Positions 10,340 through 22,100 of a DNA stretch of 64,000 bases are shown here, piece by piece. The notes beneath the pieces are model-generated. The model saw only the letters and a list, made by a program, of their open reading frames with translations. It was not told the origin of the DNA and ran no database searches. A program made the translations under genes and the position numbers. The stretch covers positions 12,467 through 76,466 of IMG/VR virus record IMGVR_UViG_3300045988_108162. One strand, written 5' to 3'. The stretch is from a virus. Position 1 is the first letter of the stretch, and each line of letters starts with the position of its first letter.

Positions 10340-10834
10340 TTGATCATGTTTTCAGATTTGAAGAAAGGGTTTCAGGTACATACCCTTGATACTAATACAG
10401 TACCTAAATACGAATTGGGAAAGGTAGTAGCCGTATCCGAACCCAGGTATCTTCCTCCTCAGCCAGGTCAGTATCAGGCGATGCAGACCCGCGTGGTGGA
10501 TCTGACGGTAGAGCTCACTGGCGAAACCAAGACCTATACGGTCCCGGAATCCCAGAATGTGGCTAAGGCTATGGGCATAACATTATCTACCAGCATAGAT
10601 CCGATTATGAACGAGCTGAATGCCATAAAAAGCACCAGTCAGGAAATAATAGACAGCGTAGATGCCCATCGTGCCAAGATAGAGGCTTGTGAATCTATAT
10701 TAGAAGATATCAATCCGGCATTCAAGCAAACGAGAGAGCAGGATCGTAAAATAGCTGGTATAGAAAATAAGGTGAATGACCTTACTGATTCATTCGAAGA
10801 TTTAAAGAAGTTAATTGTAGAACGTTTGAAATAA
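10340..10834 (+). CDS. Hypothetical protein (C-terminal coiled coil)
   Basis: 164-aa ORF tightly packed with its neighbours. Confidence 0.55.
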   Translation: MIMFSDLKKGFQVHTLDTNTVPKYELGKVVAVSEPRYLPPQPGQYQAMQTRVVDLTVELTGETKTYTVPESQNVAKAMGITLSTSIDPIMNELNAIKSTSQEIIDSVDAHRAKIEACESILEDINPAFKQTREQDRKIAGIENKVNDLTDSFEDLKKLIVERLK

Positions 10835-10841
10835 GTATAAT

Positions 10842-11210
10842 ATGATAGTATATGATTTAAATTCAGGACACAGAGAATATCCTGGATATGACGAGATAGA
10901 AGACAGACGAGGTGGAGGCAGAGGCAGAAGCCGGCGTTCTGATGGGACGTACATGGGGTATGGTGGTGGTATTTACGACCATTACGGTATGCATGAGAAG
11001 ATGAAAGAAATGGAAGAGCGCGAAAACGAGCTGGAAGAAAGGGAAAGAAGGCTCGAAGAGCGCGAACGTCGTCATGAAATGGAGGACCGGGAATACCGGA
11101 GGATGGGTTACGAATCCTACCCGACCGATTACTATGGAGACGACAGATACTACGGTGACGGACCTCAGATGCGTAGAGGTCGCGGACGTGGCAGAGGTCG
11201 TTCTTATTGA
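10842..11210 (+). CDS. RGG/RG- and Tyr-rich low-complexity protein with a central ERERRLEERERR coiled coil
   Basis: Contains GGGRGRSRR, ending RRGRGRGRGRSY. It looks like an intrinsically disordered nucleic-acid-binding protein. Confidence 0.55.
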   Translation: MIVYDLNSGHREYPGYDEIEDRRGGGRGRSRRSDGTYMGYGGGIYDHYGMHEKMKEMEERENELEERERRLEERERRHEMEDREYRRMGYESYPTDYYGDDRYYGDGPQMRRGRGRGRGRSY

Positions 11211-11303
11211 GGAGCAGACGCAGAGGATCCAGCTTATCAGAAATATGTAGATACTTACGGCTACCATTTTTCTAATGCTCTCGCTGATGAGGCGGTAAAG
11301 AAG

Positions 11304-11597
11304 ATGGTCAACGTCGATGGATCCAAGAGGATCTGGAAGCAGCCGGAAATAAAAGATATTTTTGAAAAGTGCGGAGCGAAGAAGCCGGATAAAGCGACAT
11401 GGGGCGATGTCCAATATGTCTTTGCAATGTACTATTCGGATGGTTTTCCGAAGGTCTTCAAATGTGAGAACGAGTTGGTGAAAGCTACGTTAATGTATTT
11501 GGATGATCCGGATGCTCCCGAAGGAGTAGCCTTTATAAGATGGCTTGCCGTGCAAGATTACCTCGGCGAAAAAATAAACTGGAAGGATCTGACCTGA
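11304..11597 (+). CDS. Hypothetical protein
   Basis: 97-aa ORF. Confidence 0.45.
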   Translation: MVNVDGSKRIWKQPEIKDIFEKCGAKKPDKATWGDVQYVFAMYYSDGFPKVFKCENELVKATLMYLDDPDAPEGVAFIRWLAVQDYLGEKINWKDLT

Positions 11598-11760
11598 GAT
11601 CCAGATCCAGGTCCTTCCGGTGGTGCGGGAGCCATAGTAAAAAATATGATTCCCGCATTCCCGTTTTTCCCGTTTGGAAAAAAAGGAATAAAAATATTAT
11701 ACCGGTCGGCGGGCAATAGAATACCCGTGGCCGGTTTGTTTCACATAACTTTTTTTTGAC

Positions 11761-11937
11761 ATGAATATAGCACACGAATCTAAATCGAATAAAACCCCAT
11801 TGTATTTAATAGGAGAGTTGATTGGCGTACCGAATACGGTTATGGACTCAGCATTGCATGAACTGAAAGATAGAATAGACAAAGACCCTAAATATAAAGA
11901 TGTTAAAAATTGGCTCGAGTCTTTACCCAAGATCTGA
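11761..11937 (+). CDS. Small hypothetical protein (58 aa, below the ORF-track cutoff)
   Basis: Reads MNIAHESKSNK...LESLPKI. An intrinsic terminator follows about 23 nt later, at 11960. Confidence 0.3.
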   Translation: MNIAHESKSNKTPLYLIGELIGVPNTVMDSALHELKDRIDKDPKYKDVKNWLESLPKI

Positions 11938-11959
11938 ACCTATTTTTTTCAATACCAGG

Positions 11960-11994
11960 CCCGATGCGATTTTAACGTATCGGGTTTTTATTTT
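11960..11994 (+). terminator. Intrinsic terminator
   Basis: Stem cccgatgcg / cgtatcggg (9 bp, one G-T wobble pair), 7-nt loop, then tttttatttt. Confidence 0.6.
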
Positions 11995-12064
11995 AATTTA
12001 TATTGTTTTATTTTAAATCTAATTAATTCATGAATGTCGTACATTTGTTGAAAAACTATTCTAT

Positions 12065-12292
12065 ATGGAAAATAAGGAAGATTACGTTGGTTACGAAGAT
12101 CAAGAACTGTGTAACCGGTATTACAAAGAGGCTGACGCCATGAGACAAAAGCAGGACTGGTCTCGGCTTAGGGCTGTCCCTGCTCCGGCCAAGGGAACGC
12201 CATCGCCCGGCTGGGGACAGCTTGGACGTGGAAATGATGTCCGTGTTAAGTATGTTAGCATCAATTCAGGATTAGGAGGGGACAGGTTATGA
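12065..12292 (+). CDS. Hypothetical protein
   Basis: 75-aa ORF. Its stop overlaps the next start (ATGA), which suggests translational coupling. Confidence 0.45.
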   Translation: MENKEDYVGYEDQELCNRYYKEADAMRQKQDWSRLRAVPAPAKGTPSPGWGQLGRGNDVRVKYVSINSGLGGDRL

Positions 12293-12504
12293 CCGTAGAA
12301 GAATTAGCTAATAAAAGATACGGTGGCGAATTTGTTTTCATGCTTGATCATTTGGAAGGTGTAACAAGATTCGTTTTTGAATGTTTCGATCCCAGACCTG
12401 ATCACGAAGGTAAAAATACTTATATGGTTTCCTATTTTGATAAGCGCATCCGTAGAAGAGACGTAGTAGATGTGCCGTGTTATATGAATATTTTGCCAAA
12501 ATAA
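12289..12504 (+). CDS. Hypothetical protein
   Basis: 71-aa ORF coupled to the upstream gene. Confidence 0.45.
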   Translation: MTVEELANKRYGGEFVFMLDHLEGVTRFVFECFDPRPDHEGKNTYMVSYFDKRIRRRDVVDVPCYMNILPK

Positions 12505-12707
12505 TGAAAATATTAATCTTAAATGTACCTATATTTTCCGGTAATATTATTTCTCCTACCTGGATTAAAGCTGCAAGAGATTTCCAATCTAAATCGAAGG
12601 CAGAAAGAGATTCGTATTGTTCGGTTTGTGGATGTGCGGGAGGGTGTAACTTGTGCGATGATATAAGTAAATATAGGATTTCAGAACAACTAAAATATTA
12701 TATATAA
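12477..12707 (+). CDS. Small Cys-rich protein (CSVCGCAGGCNLCDD)
   Basis: The start is uncertain; MKILIL at about 12507 is also possible. Confidence 0.35.
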   Translation: MLYEYFAKIMKILILNVPIFSGNIISPTWIKAARDFQSKSKAERDSYCSVCGCAGGCNLCDDISKYRISEQLKYYI

Positions 12708-12708
12708 T

Positions 12709-13344
12709 ATGGTTAGAATCGCATATTTCGGAACCGATGGCTGCCCTGGTCATCATGTTATTCCAATACGAGGTAAATTTACGGAAGAGGATGTTAAGGT
12801 AATAGAATCTGTAGATTGTGATGATTTTTATAAGGTGTTTGATGTCATGCGTTTTAAGATAGCTGAGTTTAAAGGATGGACGATATTGGGAATCCCGGCA
12901 AGCTTAGACGATCATAGACCTGGAAGCAAAACCGTTATCTTCATAGAGGGTAAAGCTAACGAAGCTGATTTTATGGAAGTCATACAAGAGTATTCTTTTC
13001 TTAAAAATAATGTAAAGAAACTTGCCGAATTGTATCATGATGGAGAATGGCTTGCGACTGGTAAATTGAATCAAGATCCGCCTACTAACAAGGAGCGGTT
13101 TCAATTTACGTTAGACAAGGATGATGTTATTAACATGATTAGGGGAGTCGATTTAGATCCTTATTCTGATGTGGCGAATGAAATGGAGAAAATCGGATTG
13201 GGATCATCATCTGATTCTTCATATGAGGGTCCCACATGGTCTTGGTTTGTTAACAAAGTAGAACTTTGGCAGAAGAATAATGTATGGGATAGTTTCTCCG
13301 CTGAGTTTTTGTGGGGTTTGTATTGTAGGATAAAGAAAGTATAG
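12709..13344 (+). CDS. Hypothetical protein
   Basis: 211-aa ORF. Confidence 0.55.
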   Translation: MVRIAYFGTDGCPGHHVIPIRGKFTEEDVKVIESVDCDDFYKVFDVMRFKIAEFKGWTILGIPASLDDHRPGSKTVIFIEGKANEADFMEVIQEYSFLKNNVKKLAELYHDGEWLATGKLNQDPPTNKERFQFTLDKDDVINMIRGVDLDPYSDVANEMEKIGLGSSSDSSYEGPTWSWFVNKVELWQKNNVWDSFSAEFLWGLYCRIKKV

Positions 13345-13367
13345 TAACAATTGATTTAAAACAAATC

Positions 13368-14231
13368 ATGGAATTAAAAGATTTTAAAGATGTGATTAGA
13401 GTAATGACAAAAGAAGAGTTCGAATCAACAATCGAAGAAGATATTAAATTCGTTGAGGGATTCAAGAATTTCTTAAAACATGATGATGCCACGAGGATAG
13501 TAGAGCATATCAAGTCTGTGTTAGAAGCATCAGTAGATTACTACTATCCTAATCATCCTGAAGTAGAATTTGAAAAAGATTTTAATATACAATACGATGT
13601 CAATAATATCTTGAACAAATACGGCCACACCGAAATGGGTATGTATAAAATACAGCTCTATATAGAGAATATTTTGGGTAGTATTCAAAACAAGAAGCCT
13701 GTAGACGTGGGAGAAGTCTCTGACGGATACCACACTTTCAATGAATTGTATCGGTATCGCATGTTGTATAACGCTGCCTTCTTTAATCTATTAGCCAGAA
13801 GCGGACAGGTTGAAGTTTGCAAATCAAGGAGACACAGCGACGGAGAAAAATGCTTCGGTTCTGATGATTGGTTTATTGTGATGGCGATCCTACCTACCGG
13901 TCAGGTATCTAATCACTATGAAAGCAAATACTGGGATTTGTTTGATGTTCCTGAAAGAGAAACCGCTTTCGAATACGATGGCCATACACCAAATGAAGCC
14001 TCCGACAGACTTGAAAAGTATCTCAAACTGCCTCGTCATGGCATGACATTCGAACAGGCTTTAGAACGGCTTAAATTAGGTCGTAAGATAAAAAGAATCG
14101 ATTGGGGTAAAAAGTATATCTGTATGTTTGACGTAAATATATTGATGATAGATACAGGTCAAAAAGTAGCATCAAATTGGAATCCAACCGAACATGATAT
14201 TATGTCTAATGACTGGGAGATTGCGGGATGA
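13368..14231 (+). CDS. Hypothetical protein whose C-terminus resembles the phage DUF2829-like module
   Basis: The C-terminus reads FEQALERLKLGRKIKRIDWGKKYI. The resemblance is recalled from memory and weak. Confidence 0.55.
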   Translation: MELKDFKDVIRVMTKEEFESTIEEDIKFVEGFKNFLKHDDATRIVEHIKSVLEASVDYYYPNHPEVEFEKDFNIQYDVNNILNKYGHTEMGMYKIQLYIENILGSIQNKKPVDVGEVSDGYHTFNELYRYRMLYNAAFFNLLARSGQVEVCKSRRHSDGEKCFGSDDWFIVMAILPTGQVSNHYESKYWDLFDVPERETAFEYDGHTPNEASDRLEKYLKLPRHGMTFEQALERLKLGRKIKRIDWGKKYICMFDVNILMIDTGQKVASNWNPTEHDIMSNDWEIAG

Positions 14232-14511
14232 GTTTGTTTGTTTGTTTGTTTGTTCAAAATGTGGCTGTATAGATAATACAGCCACATCCTGTTATTGGGC
14301 TCTTATAAGACCTTGTAAGAATCGTATTTACGATAAGTCGCTAAAGGGATATGAAGGCAAGCCTCTTTGTTCTGAATGTGCCGCTATTGAATATAGTAAG
14401 GGAGACGAAGTGGTGGTAGTTCCTGGAACGTGGCATGGTAAGTTCAAGAAAGAATGGCCTACTGAAGAAGAGAAGAAGCATATTGGTAAAAACGGTATTT
14501 TAAATATGTAA
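14194..14511 (+). CDS. Cys-rich hypothetical protein with an uncertain start (the only ATGs are 14194 and 14209, and the reading frame passes through the GTTT repeat)
   Basis: The ORF overlaps the upstream gene's end. The repeat encodes EFVCLFVCS. Confidence 0.4.
   Translation: MILCLMTGRLRDEFVCLFVCSKCGCIDNTATSCYWALIRPCKNRIYDKSLKGYEGKPLCSECAAIEYSKGDEVVVVPGTWHGKFKKEWPTEEEKKHIGKNGILNM
14232..14254. repeat. (GTTT)5 tetranucleotide microsatellite followed by an 11-bp-stem hairpin at 14259-14287
   Basis: Sequence gtttgtttgtttgtttgtttgtt, then the hairpin atgtggctgta-tagataa-tacagccacat. Confidence 0.85.
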
Positions 14512-14514
14512 ATT

Positions 14515-14820
14515 ATGTGTGATAAGGAAATTGTTGTATGCGCAGCTATATGGGTTCAAGATCACAAGAACAAGCCTCACGGTCCAGTAAACATACCATC
14601 CGGAACCGTATTTTGTGGATTGAGACATTGTTCTATCATTTCTCAGTTTGCAGCTTATGGTATTGCTCATAAAAACCGCAGTGTTCAAGGATTTTTGACG
14701 AGCAAGAATCGGTTTTTAACAAGAGAAGAAGCATCTGAACTTGTTAGAAACAATAATCAGGAAATGGTAGTAGATAGGAGTGCTATTAGAGAACAATTGT
14801 ATTCAGAAGATTTGTATTAA
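14515..14820 (+). CDS. Hypothetical protein
   Basis: 101-aa ORF. Confidence 0.5.
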   Translation: MCDKEIVVCAAIWVQDHKNKPHGPVNIPSGTVFCGLRHCSIISQFAAYGIAHKNRSVQGFLTSKNRFLTREEASELVRNNNQEMVVDRSAIREQLYSEDLY

Positions 14821-14873
14821 CTAAAAAATAAAACAATATGGGATTTATAATCAGAAAGTAAATATTTTATGAT

Positions 14874-15188
14874 ATGATGGACGGCAATCAATTAAAGTAT
14901 GAATTTGACAACAGGGATTTAGATCATATCACATTTAAAGGTGATGGTAAAGAATCTTTTTCATTTAACAGAGCACTTGTTGAAAATTTAATTGAGACAT
15001 TTGAAACCATGCAGGATATATACTCCGATAATTATAGGCTTAAGGTTTATACTGGTAATTGCATAATTCAATTGAACGTAAATCCAAAGGACCCCAGTGA
15101 ATCCTTTTTTGACGTATATGATAGAGATGAGATGAAATTGATATACGGAATAAAGATCAGTATTCTGAAAGAAATGTTTATCATATGA
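14874..15188 (+). CDS. Hypothetical protein
   Basis: 104-aa ORF. Confidence 0.5.
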   Translation: MMDGNQLKYEFDNRDLDHITFKGDGKESFSFNRALVENLIETFETMQDIYSDNYRLKVYTGNCIIQLNVNPKDPSESFFDVYDRDEMKLIYGIKISILKEMFII

Positions 15189-15502
15189 TTACCAAGCAGG
15201 ACATACAAACAGCAGCATCGTATATTTTCCGAAGCAGTTTTGTCTCGGAGGACCAGGCAAGGAAAGCAATGGTAAAAGCCGGCAATAACGCTACCAAGAT
15301 CCTCGTCAAGACCTTTAGAGGCAAGTTGTTCAAGAAAGCTTTTGAAAGAGCCCGTAGAGGAAAGGATATCAGTTCTTTTGAAAGGCAGGAAAAAGAAAGT
15401 GGTTTCAATTTTCTACACAATCCTAATAATGGTCGTATGCAAAGTGGTCATATTATAATAGATGGAATTGGTCTTTTTAAACAAATAATTCATGAAAGGT
15501 AA
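15185..15502 (+). CDS. Hypothetical protein
   Basis: 105-aa ORF; ATGA overlap with the upstream stop. Confidence 0.5.
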   Translation: MITKQDIQTAASYIFRSSFVSEDQARKAMVKAGNNATKILVKTFRGKLFKKAFERARRGKDISSFERQEKESGFNFLHNPNNGRMQSGHIIIDGIGLFKQIIHER

Positions 15503-15660
15503 AAAAGTTGATATTCGTTTAGGCAGAGGTCTGGCGAATCAGATTAAGATAAACAAAACCATCCCAGTGTCTCATAAACCAAAAGAAGAACGTCGAATGA
15601 TGTTTGTTTGTGGTGATGATATTGCTTCTCTTATAAAGCGGTTTGAAAACGAATCAAAGT
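15493..15660 (+). CDS. Small hypothetical protein (55 aa)
   Basis: Reads MKGKKVDIRLGRG...; it overlaps the previous stop and ends just before the terminator. Confidence 0.3.
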
Positions 15661-15667
15661 AATATAA

Positions 15668-15699
15668 AGTCGGACATGTATCTTGTCCGACTTTTTTTA
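15668..15699 (+). terminator. Intrinsic terminator
   Basis: Perfect 9-bp stem agtcggaca / tgtccgact, 7-nt loop, then T7. Confidence 0.75.
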
Positions 15700-15711
15700 T
15701 ATATTTGTGGC

Positions 15712-16035
15712 ATGGCAAGAGGTTATTATTGGATACCACAAACAGATGAAACGTTAAATGGCAGAAGCTATTACGTGGCTAAGATAGTAGGGGATATCAC
15801 GTTTGATACTAAACGAAAAAGAATCGTATTTCAAGCTGATAGGTATTTCCCTGTAGGATCTGTTTTCCATTTTACGCACAATTGCTTCAATTATATCATA
15901 ACTTGCCGACTTCGCAAGCCAGGGCTTTGGTTTGAAGCCAGGAGAGAAGATTCAGGCTCTATTTGCCCTGAAGATATTGAGCGCTTTGAATCGGGAAGGT
16001 TTATTCACCGAGATGGGTACATGCATTACATATAA
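15712..16035 (+). CDS. Hypothetical protein
   Basis: ATG at 15712 (MARGYYW) comes after the terminator. The track's start at 15643 overlaps the terminator. Confidence 0.45.
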   Translation: MARGYYWIPQTDETLNGRSYYVAKIVGDITFDTKRKRIVFQADRYFPVGSVFHFTHNCFNYIITCRLRKPGLWFEARREDSGSICPEDIERFESGRFIHRDGYMHYI

Positions 16036-16146
16036 GCTGAACTTGACGATTTTTCGTCAGATTATAATTTTTTTTCATATCATTTTTAAGCCATCAGACT
16101 GAGAAGTTAGATGACTTTATTTTTTATGATATGCTTGATTTTTAAC

Positions 16147-16154
16147 TACCTTTG
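16147..16154 (+). promoter_or_regulatory. Bacteroidota-type -7 box TACCTTTG, 24 nt upstream of the 2148-aa gene
   Basis: TAnnTTTG; shares CTTTGTCT with the box at 5804. Confidence 0.35.
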
Positions 16155-16177
16155 TCTCATAACAAAAATGTTTTATC

Positions 16178-19100
16178 ATGGTATCAACGTGTATTATTAA
16201 AAGAGATAATAAAAAGAAAGTCGTTTCTGTCTCTACCAGATCAGGGGACAGGTCTATGTTGTTTGATAAAATAGCATCTATTCCCCTTATGGAGAACAGG
16301 GAACGGGCTACTACTGTTTTTAAAACCGTATTTTCCAACAAGTTCTTAAAGGCTTTTGGCGACTGGAGAAAGAGAGTGCCTATCAACAAACAGGCTTATA
16401 ATAAGGTAAAATCCAACATCGATCTTATCCCAGAAGCCTATAGAGAAAGGGTACTGGATAAGGCTTCTAAGATGAGTAATCCTGTTCTTGTGTCAAAATC
16501 AGATGCACCTTATGAAATCCAAGAATCGGGCTTTGGATTTTACAGCCAAGATCTGGGTGATAATATTATGTTGGTAGATGCTATGGTCCCGTCAAGTATT
16601 TCCGTACCGGAAGGACCGGGAATAGACGCAGGGCAGTATCTACAAGATGCTATATCTTCGGACTTCACTCCCGTATCTATGGTACAGGATAAGGGTGTTA
16701 ATTATATGGTTATAAAAGACGGTCTTAAGATATTTAGCCCAGAAGAGCTACCACAGACAGATTCTAATCCTGTGGGTGTAACGTATCAGACCGGAGAGCC
16801 TCGTTTGTTTTTCATGAACGATCGTAGTCAATTATTTGAAGATTACGGAGAAGCTCTTCGCTCTGGCGGAAATGATATTAGAATAGGATTCTTATCAGGC
16901 ACCGTTCAAGAATCTACCGTGGATGGCGTGGCAGACATTACTTACAAGGCTGGAAAGTATGTTCTTAATAATCCCAAATCTTTTATACCGGTCATGACCG
17001 CTTCTGCTTCTACTTCTTTATCAACAAAAGGTGGTATAATTAACTACCTTATAAAGAAAGGTCTTTTGTCAGGATCTAAGATATTCGATCCGGAAACAAG
17101 AAGCTATTATCTTACAGGAGAAGGTCATACAGGACAAATTAGACTTTTCAATTCAGCCTTATCATACACCGAGCTCCGTAATCATTTTGGTTCCGATGTT
17201 TCCATGAACGACCAAGGTATGATAACCATAAGCTCGTTGGATAATAGTAATGTAACTATGAGGCTCGCCACCGGAGGAACGGAAAGGGTTAGCAAAGAGC
17301 AGATAAAGAACGATCTTAAGTCAGGAAGATACAATGAATTGGACGCCAAGTACGATCATTTTGATGCGCTTGTAGTTTCATTCATATTAGAAGACAACGA
17401 TCTTTATGCTGATACTAAAGCTAAGATCGTATCAGATTATAGCAGGCAGGAACGTGATCAACGAAATTCTATTGTCGAGATACTGAAAACTCTTGGCGTT
17501 AGTGTCATAGGTATGACCGATTATATAGAGAAGTACCAAACCAAATACGGGCACGAACCTTCTGCTAAGGCATTGGCGGATATTGCCAATAATGTAATAG
17601 CAGTTGGTGAAGATGCTACTTTATCTGATTTAGTAGAAGAAACAGCCCACTTTCTTGTAGAGGCATACAGAGATCAGAATGCTGTTGAGGCTGTTCTGCA
17701 AGATGTAGAAGGTACGGAAGAGTGGAACCAGTATGCAGGTCAGTATTATAATACATACGGTAAAGCGTATGAAGGAGCTGAGCTTGATAATGCTGTTAGG
17801 AGAGAAATTCTTGGAAAGATCCTCGCCAGGGAGATGCAGGCCGGCACAGCACAGGCGCCGGTAGAGCCCACCTCCTTCCTGGGGCGCGTCCGGCAGCTTT
17901 TCTCTGGAATCGTAAGCTGGCTTAAATCAGCTTTATCAACCCAAAGACAAGATTTGAATAACGTTATTAAAAACATTCGTGATCTTGCCATTACTGACAT
18001 AGATAAAGGATTTGACACCTCTCTGTTAAAGGATAATGACTTTACATTATACTCCCTTTCTTCTATGAACAAGAACAAGTTTCTTGAGTCTAAGATCAGA
18101 TCACTAAGAAAAACATTAAGAGACTTACGTCAGATAAGCTCTGATAGGGCTGTAACTACGTCTATGACCCTTGCGCAGCTTAAGACCATAGAAGATAAGA
18201 TAAATAAGGTAGAGACCGAAATAGACAAGAATGAGATGGCGGCTGCCATGAACAGCATGATCTCCACAGCCGAAGCTCAGGTCAGATACTTAAGCAATGT
18301 GGTGAACACCATCCTTCATGGTGATACCAAAGACGGCAAGCTTCACTTCAATACCAATGATCGAAAGAACGTAGATATTATCAACAATCAGGTTCTTCCG
18401 ATCATGAACGATCTTCGAGGATATATCCGTAACAGAAGTACCGAATTTGATGAACGTGAAAAGCAGGATTATACAAATAGGATCAACACCGTCATTGCCG
18501 ACATCAATGGTATTCAGTCTGATATTAAATCAGTACAAGACCTTGATGAAAGTACGTTGCTTGATAAGTTAATGAACGAACTTCATGTGCCGGCAGATAA
18601 GGTAAAGAGAGTAAAAGAATTTTTCGACAAGGTTCAACACGATGTTTCTTGGATAAGTAGGTGGTTTGGTATATTAGAGCATTCTTCCAGTCCGTTCAAT
18701 AACGCTCTTGGAGCTATGATTGCCAAAGACAATTACAATGCGATGGTGAATGCCCAGCCCGCCATATCCGATTTCCTGGCATATGCGAAAAAGCATGGTT
18801 TTAACAAATCTGAATTTGAAAAACTGCTTCAGAAAGTAGACGGAAAAACTTCTAATTACCTTCGTAGTGCTCTTGATATGGCTAAATACGATCGTAATAA
18901 GAAGCTGGCGCAGATGCGAGCGTTTGCGACTGCCATGAACATAGAGATATCAGAAGAAGAAATTGGTGATGTGGTTGACAATAACCGTAATTACGTATTT
19001 AAAAGAGAAGTAGTTGACAAGGATGGAAATACGGTTACTGAAAACGCTAAATTCAAACCATCGTCTGATAGGGTTAATACCGATATTTTTACCATCGAGC

Positions 19101-22100
19101 AGGAAAAGATCTATACGGAACAGATGGAAAAGTGGGATGCTGAAAATTCGGAACTGGAATTTAGTGAAAGTTATGCCACAAGAATGGAATCCATATACAA
19201 AAAGGCTGAAGAAGAATTAGGGCATCCAGTTTCTCAAACAACCAAAGAATACCTTAATGCTCTATCCAGGCAAAAACGGATACTGAGGCAGCCTTTTATT
19301 GATAGCGGTGGTAATTTTGATGAAGTTGCCTATTTTAAAAGCAGCAATTACGAAGAAGAAGGACTGCTTCGTAAACAACGTAAAGAAGCAGCTTCAGAAT
19401 ACATATATGTAGGAACCAGGAGAGTGGAAAAAACCGGCGACCAACTTAAGATGGCCAAAGAAATACAAGCTATAAATGAAGTTTGGAGAAAGGAATCAAA
19501 TAATGTTACTAATGCCGTATCAGAATCGTTTTTGCAAAAATTGAGAGCGATTCAGAGCGAATCAGGAGGGGAAGCTGCATTGAGAACGCTTATGTTGGGT
19601 GGTCACCTGTCATTCAACGATCGGTTTTGGAATGATATAGAATCGGAACAGTCAGCGCGCACCGAATCAAATAACAAGGCTTCGTATCTCAAAATGGCGC
19701 ATGATATCATTAGTTCTACGACAAGCGATAGAGATGCGACTGACGTGGATTCTATTGTGAAAGATATAGAAAAAAATAAGGCTATTATCAAGGAAATAAT
19801 CGGAAACAATCGCGATGTGGCTGATATCGGAGAAATTAACGAAGCAACATTTACCTCATCCGAAAGAGATGCTTTTAGGGCCGCATCTGAAGCTATTGAA
19901 GCCGATTACGCTATTTTGATAGATTATGCTAAGATGGTGGGTCTTGAAGATATTGATAAGTACCTTACTAAAAGCAATAAGGCTGAAAACGAAGTAAATC
20001 AGTCTTATTTAAATGCTCTTGCTGACTCCAAGGAAGTGGAATGGAAGTTCGTACAACGTCATACTACGGCGAAGAAAGCAAAAAGGATTCAGGCTTTAAG
20101 GGATAAGCTGTTTAAGGCTGCTGATAACCGATATCTGTTTACCGTATCTGAAACCAACTACCTGTCAGAAAAGCTTGGTATAAGCAAAGAATTAGACGGT
20201 AGAGATTTTAGGAATGCTGTTAATGCTAAGATGGCCAGCTTGTTTTTAAATAATACAAGAGAAGAGGGTATAGAAGCTGACATAAAAGCGGGCATAGAAG
20301 AGGCCAATGCTATTGTTAATGAATTTGCCAGGAGCCAGGTCTTTTCGTACTATAAACGCATGGCGCCTACTGGATATGCGGCTATGATCGACAAAATCGG
20401 TCGAGGTGAGATAGATGTGGCGCAGATGGTTAAGGACGTACAAAACGGTACATCCACCCAAGATTATGGCATGGATATATCGTACCTTTCTTTCGATCCT
20501 GCAAGGGCATGGGTGGCTGAATCTGAAGCCGAAAATAGCGGCCGTAATCCTGATTATGTAAAAGATCATGGGTATGGTCATCGAATGCCTAAGAAAAGCC
20601 TGTATCGTGATGAATCGTATTTCAATGACTTTGGCATCAAGTATGATGTTGACGGTAATGAGGTTGCTACTAAAAATGTAGAGCAGTGGAATATGATTCA
20701 AAAACTCAAGGAAATAAAAAGACAATCCCTTGATCTATACAAAGAGCAGAGCCCGAACCTGTATGCTATTCCACAGATATCAAAACAAGACATAGAACGT
20801 ATAGAAGGATTGGGTATTAACTTCAAAAATACGGTTCGTAATTTTGTATCAGATCTGTGCCTGGACAGAGTAGACGATTCTCTATATGGTAAGACCAGGC
20901 AAGGAGAAGTGTATGACCCGGAAGACAGACTTAGGTCTATACCTAAATACTACATATATGAGTTGGAGAACCAAGATGATGTATCTCACGATTTTGGCTA
21001 CTCTTATTCGATGCTTATGATGCAGTCATCGTTATACAACGAAAAGCAGAAGTCTATAGAGCTCGCTCAAGGACTGGAACAGATGTTACTGAACAAGCAA
21101 TTTGAAGGCGGTAAGAAGGCTGAAGCAACCCAAGCATATCAGATGTTCAGAGACTTCTTCAACGATCATTATTATGGCATTAGGATGAACACCAAAAAAC
21201 TTACGGTGAACATCGGAGGATATACGGTAGACCTTACAAGAATTATGATGGCTGTTGAAAGATTTATGTCGGTCATGAACTTGGCACTGTCTCCGTTTGT
21301 GGCAGCTACCGGCGCCTTAACAGGTCATATCAACCTCATCATGGAATCTGCCGTAGGACAGTATATAAGCAAAGACTCCCTTAAATACGCATCGGCTGAA
21401 TTTTCACGCCTTGCTCCATCTTGTATAGCAGAAACCGGAGACATAGATAGGAAAAGCAAATTATATGTCATAGGTGAGAGAATGGGGATATTCAATATCC
21501 GAAATCGTATGTATGGTGCCGGATACAATAGAGCGGCCAGGACCTTAATGCGTTCGCCTATGTATGCTTTTATGGAAATCCTGAACTACCCTCTTGATCC
21601 GCAGGTTATGATTGCTACTATGGACAATGTTCGTTATTACAAAGGCCGGTTCTACACGTTCCAAGATTTCAAGATGGAAAAAGAACGCAATAAAGAACAG
21701 AGTACCATAAAAAGAGAATGGAACGCATTAAAAGATCGTACTTTATGGAGTATGGTAGACGTCGTGGATGGGAAGGTGGTTGTAAAGCCCGGATCAGGTG
21801 TTACTGTTGAGGAAGTTGAAACCCAGATGGCTATAACCAGGAATCAAGTCCGTAGCTTGTCGCAGATATGTAACGGATCTTTGAATGAAGAAAACCGAAC
21901 TGCTGCATCGCGCAACTGGATAGCCAGGTTCATGACCGCCCACCGAGGATGGTTGGTGCTGGCGGCTCAACGTCTGTGGAAAAGACGTGGCTTCAATTTC
22001 CAGACAATGCAAGAAGAGGAAGGGTTGTCAATTACGTTAAAGAATATGATAGCCAAAACATTTAGCCTGGCTTCCGAGTCTGGTATGAAAAACATCATAG

